Part shown: positions 24,643-25,485 of the stretch, in pieces
Numbering within the stretch: position 1 is the first letter of the stretch
How the letters are laid out: every line of letters begins with the position of its first letter
Virus record (IMG/VR): IMGVR_UViG_3300009618_000029
From: a virus
DNA: 25,485 nucleotides
Strand: one strand, 5' to 3'
The notes under the pieces: generated by a model
What the model saw: only the letters and a program-made list of their open reading frames with translations
Databases searched by the model: none
What the model was told of the DNA's origin: nothing
Position numbers and translations under genes: made by a program

Positions 24643-24718
24643 TCATTCGTTACTGAATGATGGCGCCTCCTAACAGCAGCGCCTTACAAGTAGATAGGGA
24701 AGTGGAGGAAAAATTTCT

Positions 24719-24904
24719 ATGAGCTATTTTAATTTCGCAGTCCAGAACGCCGATTGGACTCTCCAGTCGGACGTCAACGGCAACTTGATACTGACAAGTC
24801 AAGACGGCACACTGAAACTGGGCCCTGTTTCTGCTGCCCTAATGATGAGCGCTAACGCAGTGATCGCAGAACTCGCTCGCTATGTGGAGGGTGGGGGAAC
24901 TTGA
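24719..24904 (+). CDS. Small hypothetical protein (probable tail-associated)
   Basis: 61 aa with a GGAGG RBS. The stop overlaps the next TTG. Confidence 0.6.
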   Translation: MSYFNFAVQNADWTLQSDVNGNLILTSQDGTLKLGPVSAALMMSANAVIAELARYVEGGGT

Positions 24905-25485
24905 CAGGCCAGAACCTAGTAGATCGGGCTATTGCAAGAGCCGCCATCCGCGTCGCCCAACGATACGGCGCACACGACTACGCCCAGCACTATTCGCAGT
25001 TCACGATCCACAAATTCAGGGACCCCAAGGACCGTGTGGCTCGCGCAGCCATAGACGGCGTAGGGCTAGACGAGATCATGCGACAGTTCGACACATTACT
25101 GGCCATCAAACGATTCCGCGGCAACTGCCTTCTGAACGCTGGAATCAACATACTTTGGACTCTAGTAGCCGGGACGGGTGCAACTCTATTCAACAATGTC
25201 AACGCGTACATCGGTGTGGGTGATAGCACAAGCGCGGCAGTAGCAACACAGGTCGCACTTCAAGCCAGCACGAACAAAGCATACGCAGCCATGAATGGAG
25301 GATACCCGACTTTCGGATCTTCGCAGCTGGCGACTTGGCAGGCAACCTTTGCCAGCGCCGTCGCCGACTATGCGTGGAATGAAATCGGTATCTTCAACGC
25401 GGCTGCCGGTGGCGGAACGATGCTGGACCGTGCGCAGCAAGCGATGGGCACTAAGGTTAGCGGAAACCTTCAATACATAAGTTGA
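24901..25485 (+). CDS. Minor tail/baseplate-associated protein
   Basis: NCLLNAGINILWTLVAG...NAYIGVGDS...WQATFAS...YAWNEIGIFN...GTK motif set seen in phage tail proteins. The C-terminus looks abrupt. Confidence 0.65.
   Translation: MTGQNLVDRAIARAAIRVAQRYGAHDYAQHYSQFTIHKFRDPKDRVARAAIDGVGLDEIMRQFDTLLAIKRFRGNCLLNAGINILWTLVAGTGATLFNNVNAYIGVGDSTSAAVATQVALQASTNKAYAAMNGGYPTFGSSQLATWQATFASAVADYAWNEIGIFNAAAGGGTMLDRAQQAMGTKVSGNLQYIS

Larger units (their letters stand above)
1108..25485 (+). mobile_element. Tailed archaeal virus/provirus head-tail morphogenesis module (siphovirus-like)
   Basis: Co-oriented canonical order TerS-TerL-portal-protease/scaffold-MCP-connector-terminator-MTP-TAC-TMP-tail. No integrase or att site is inside the window, so provirus versus free virus cannot be decided. 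Confidence 0.93.

Overview
The window is the virion morphogenesis module of a tailed (Caudoviricetes, siphovirus-like) archaeal virus or provirus. The host is probably a TACK/Thermoproteota archaeon such as Bathyarchaeia; this is inferred from TATA-like promoters, GGAG/AGGTGA RBS, frequent TTG starts and an archaeal-type IS remnant. Gene order on + is RHH/TerS-like, split TerL, GtrA-like, portal, accessory block, protease-DUF6582-scaffold, cement, HK97 MCP, head-tail connector, tail terminator, HK97 gp10-like, major tail protein, tail chaperone with a -1 frameshift, tape measure, tail/hub protein and minor tail proteins. The backbone is interrupted by many morons, mostly toxin-antitoxin modules. 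Two unusual signals stand out. (1) A 24-nt bulge-helix-bulge micro-intron carrying an in-frame stop lies in the tape-measure gene. Cutting it by the archaeal tRNA-splicing endonuclease rule restores a natural N-terminus (AIQAVDEASSVMGKI), which suggests viral mRNA splicing by host EndA. (2) Moron cassettes are repeatedly bracketed by diverged copies of the same gene junction (3' end of the upstream gene, RBS and 5' start of the downstream gene). All family assignments come from motif recognition by eye, not from database searches.
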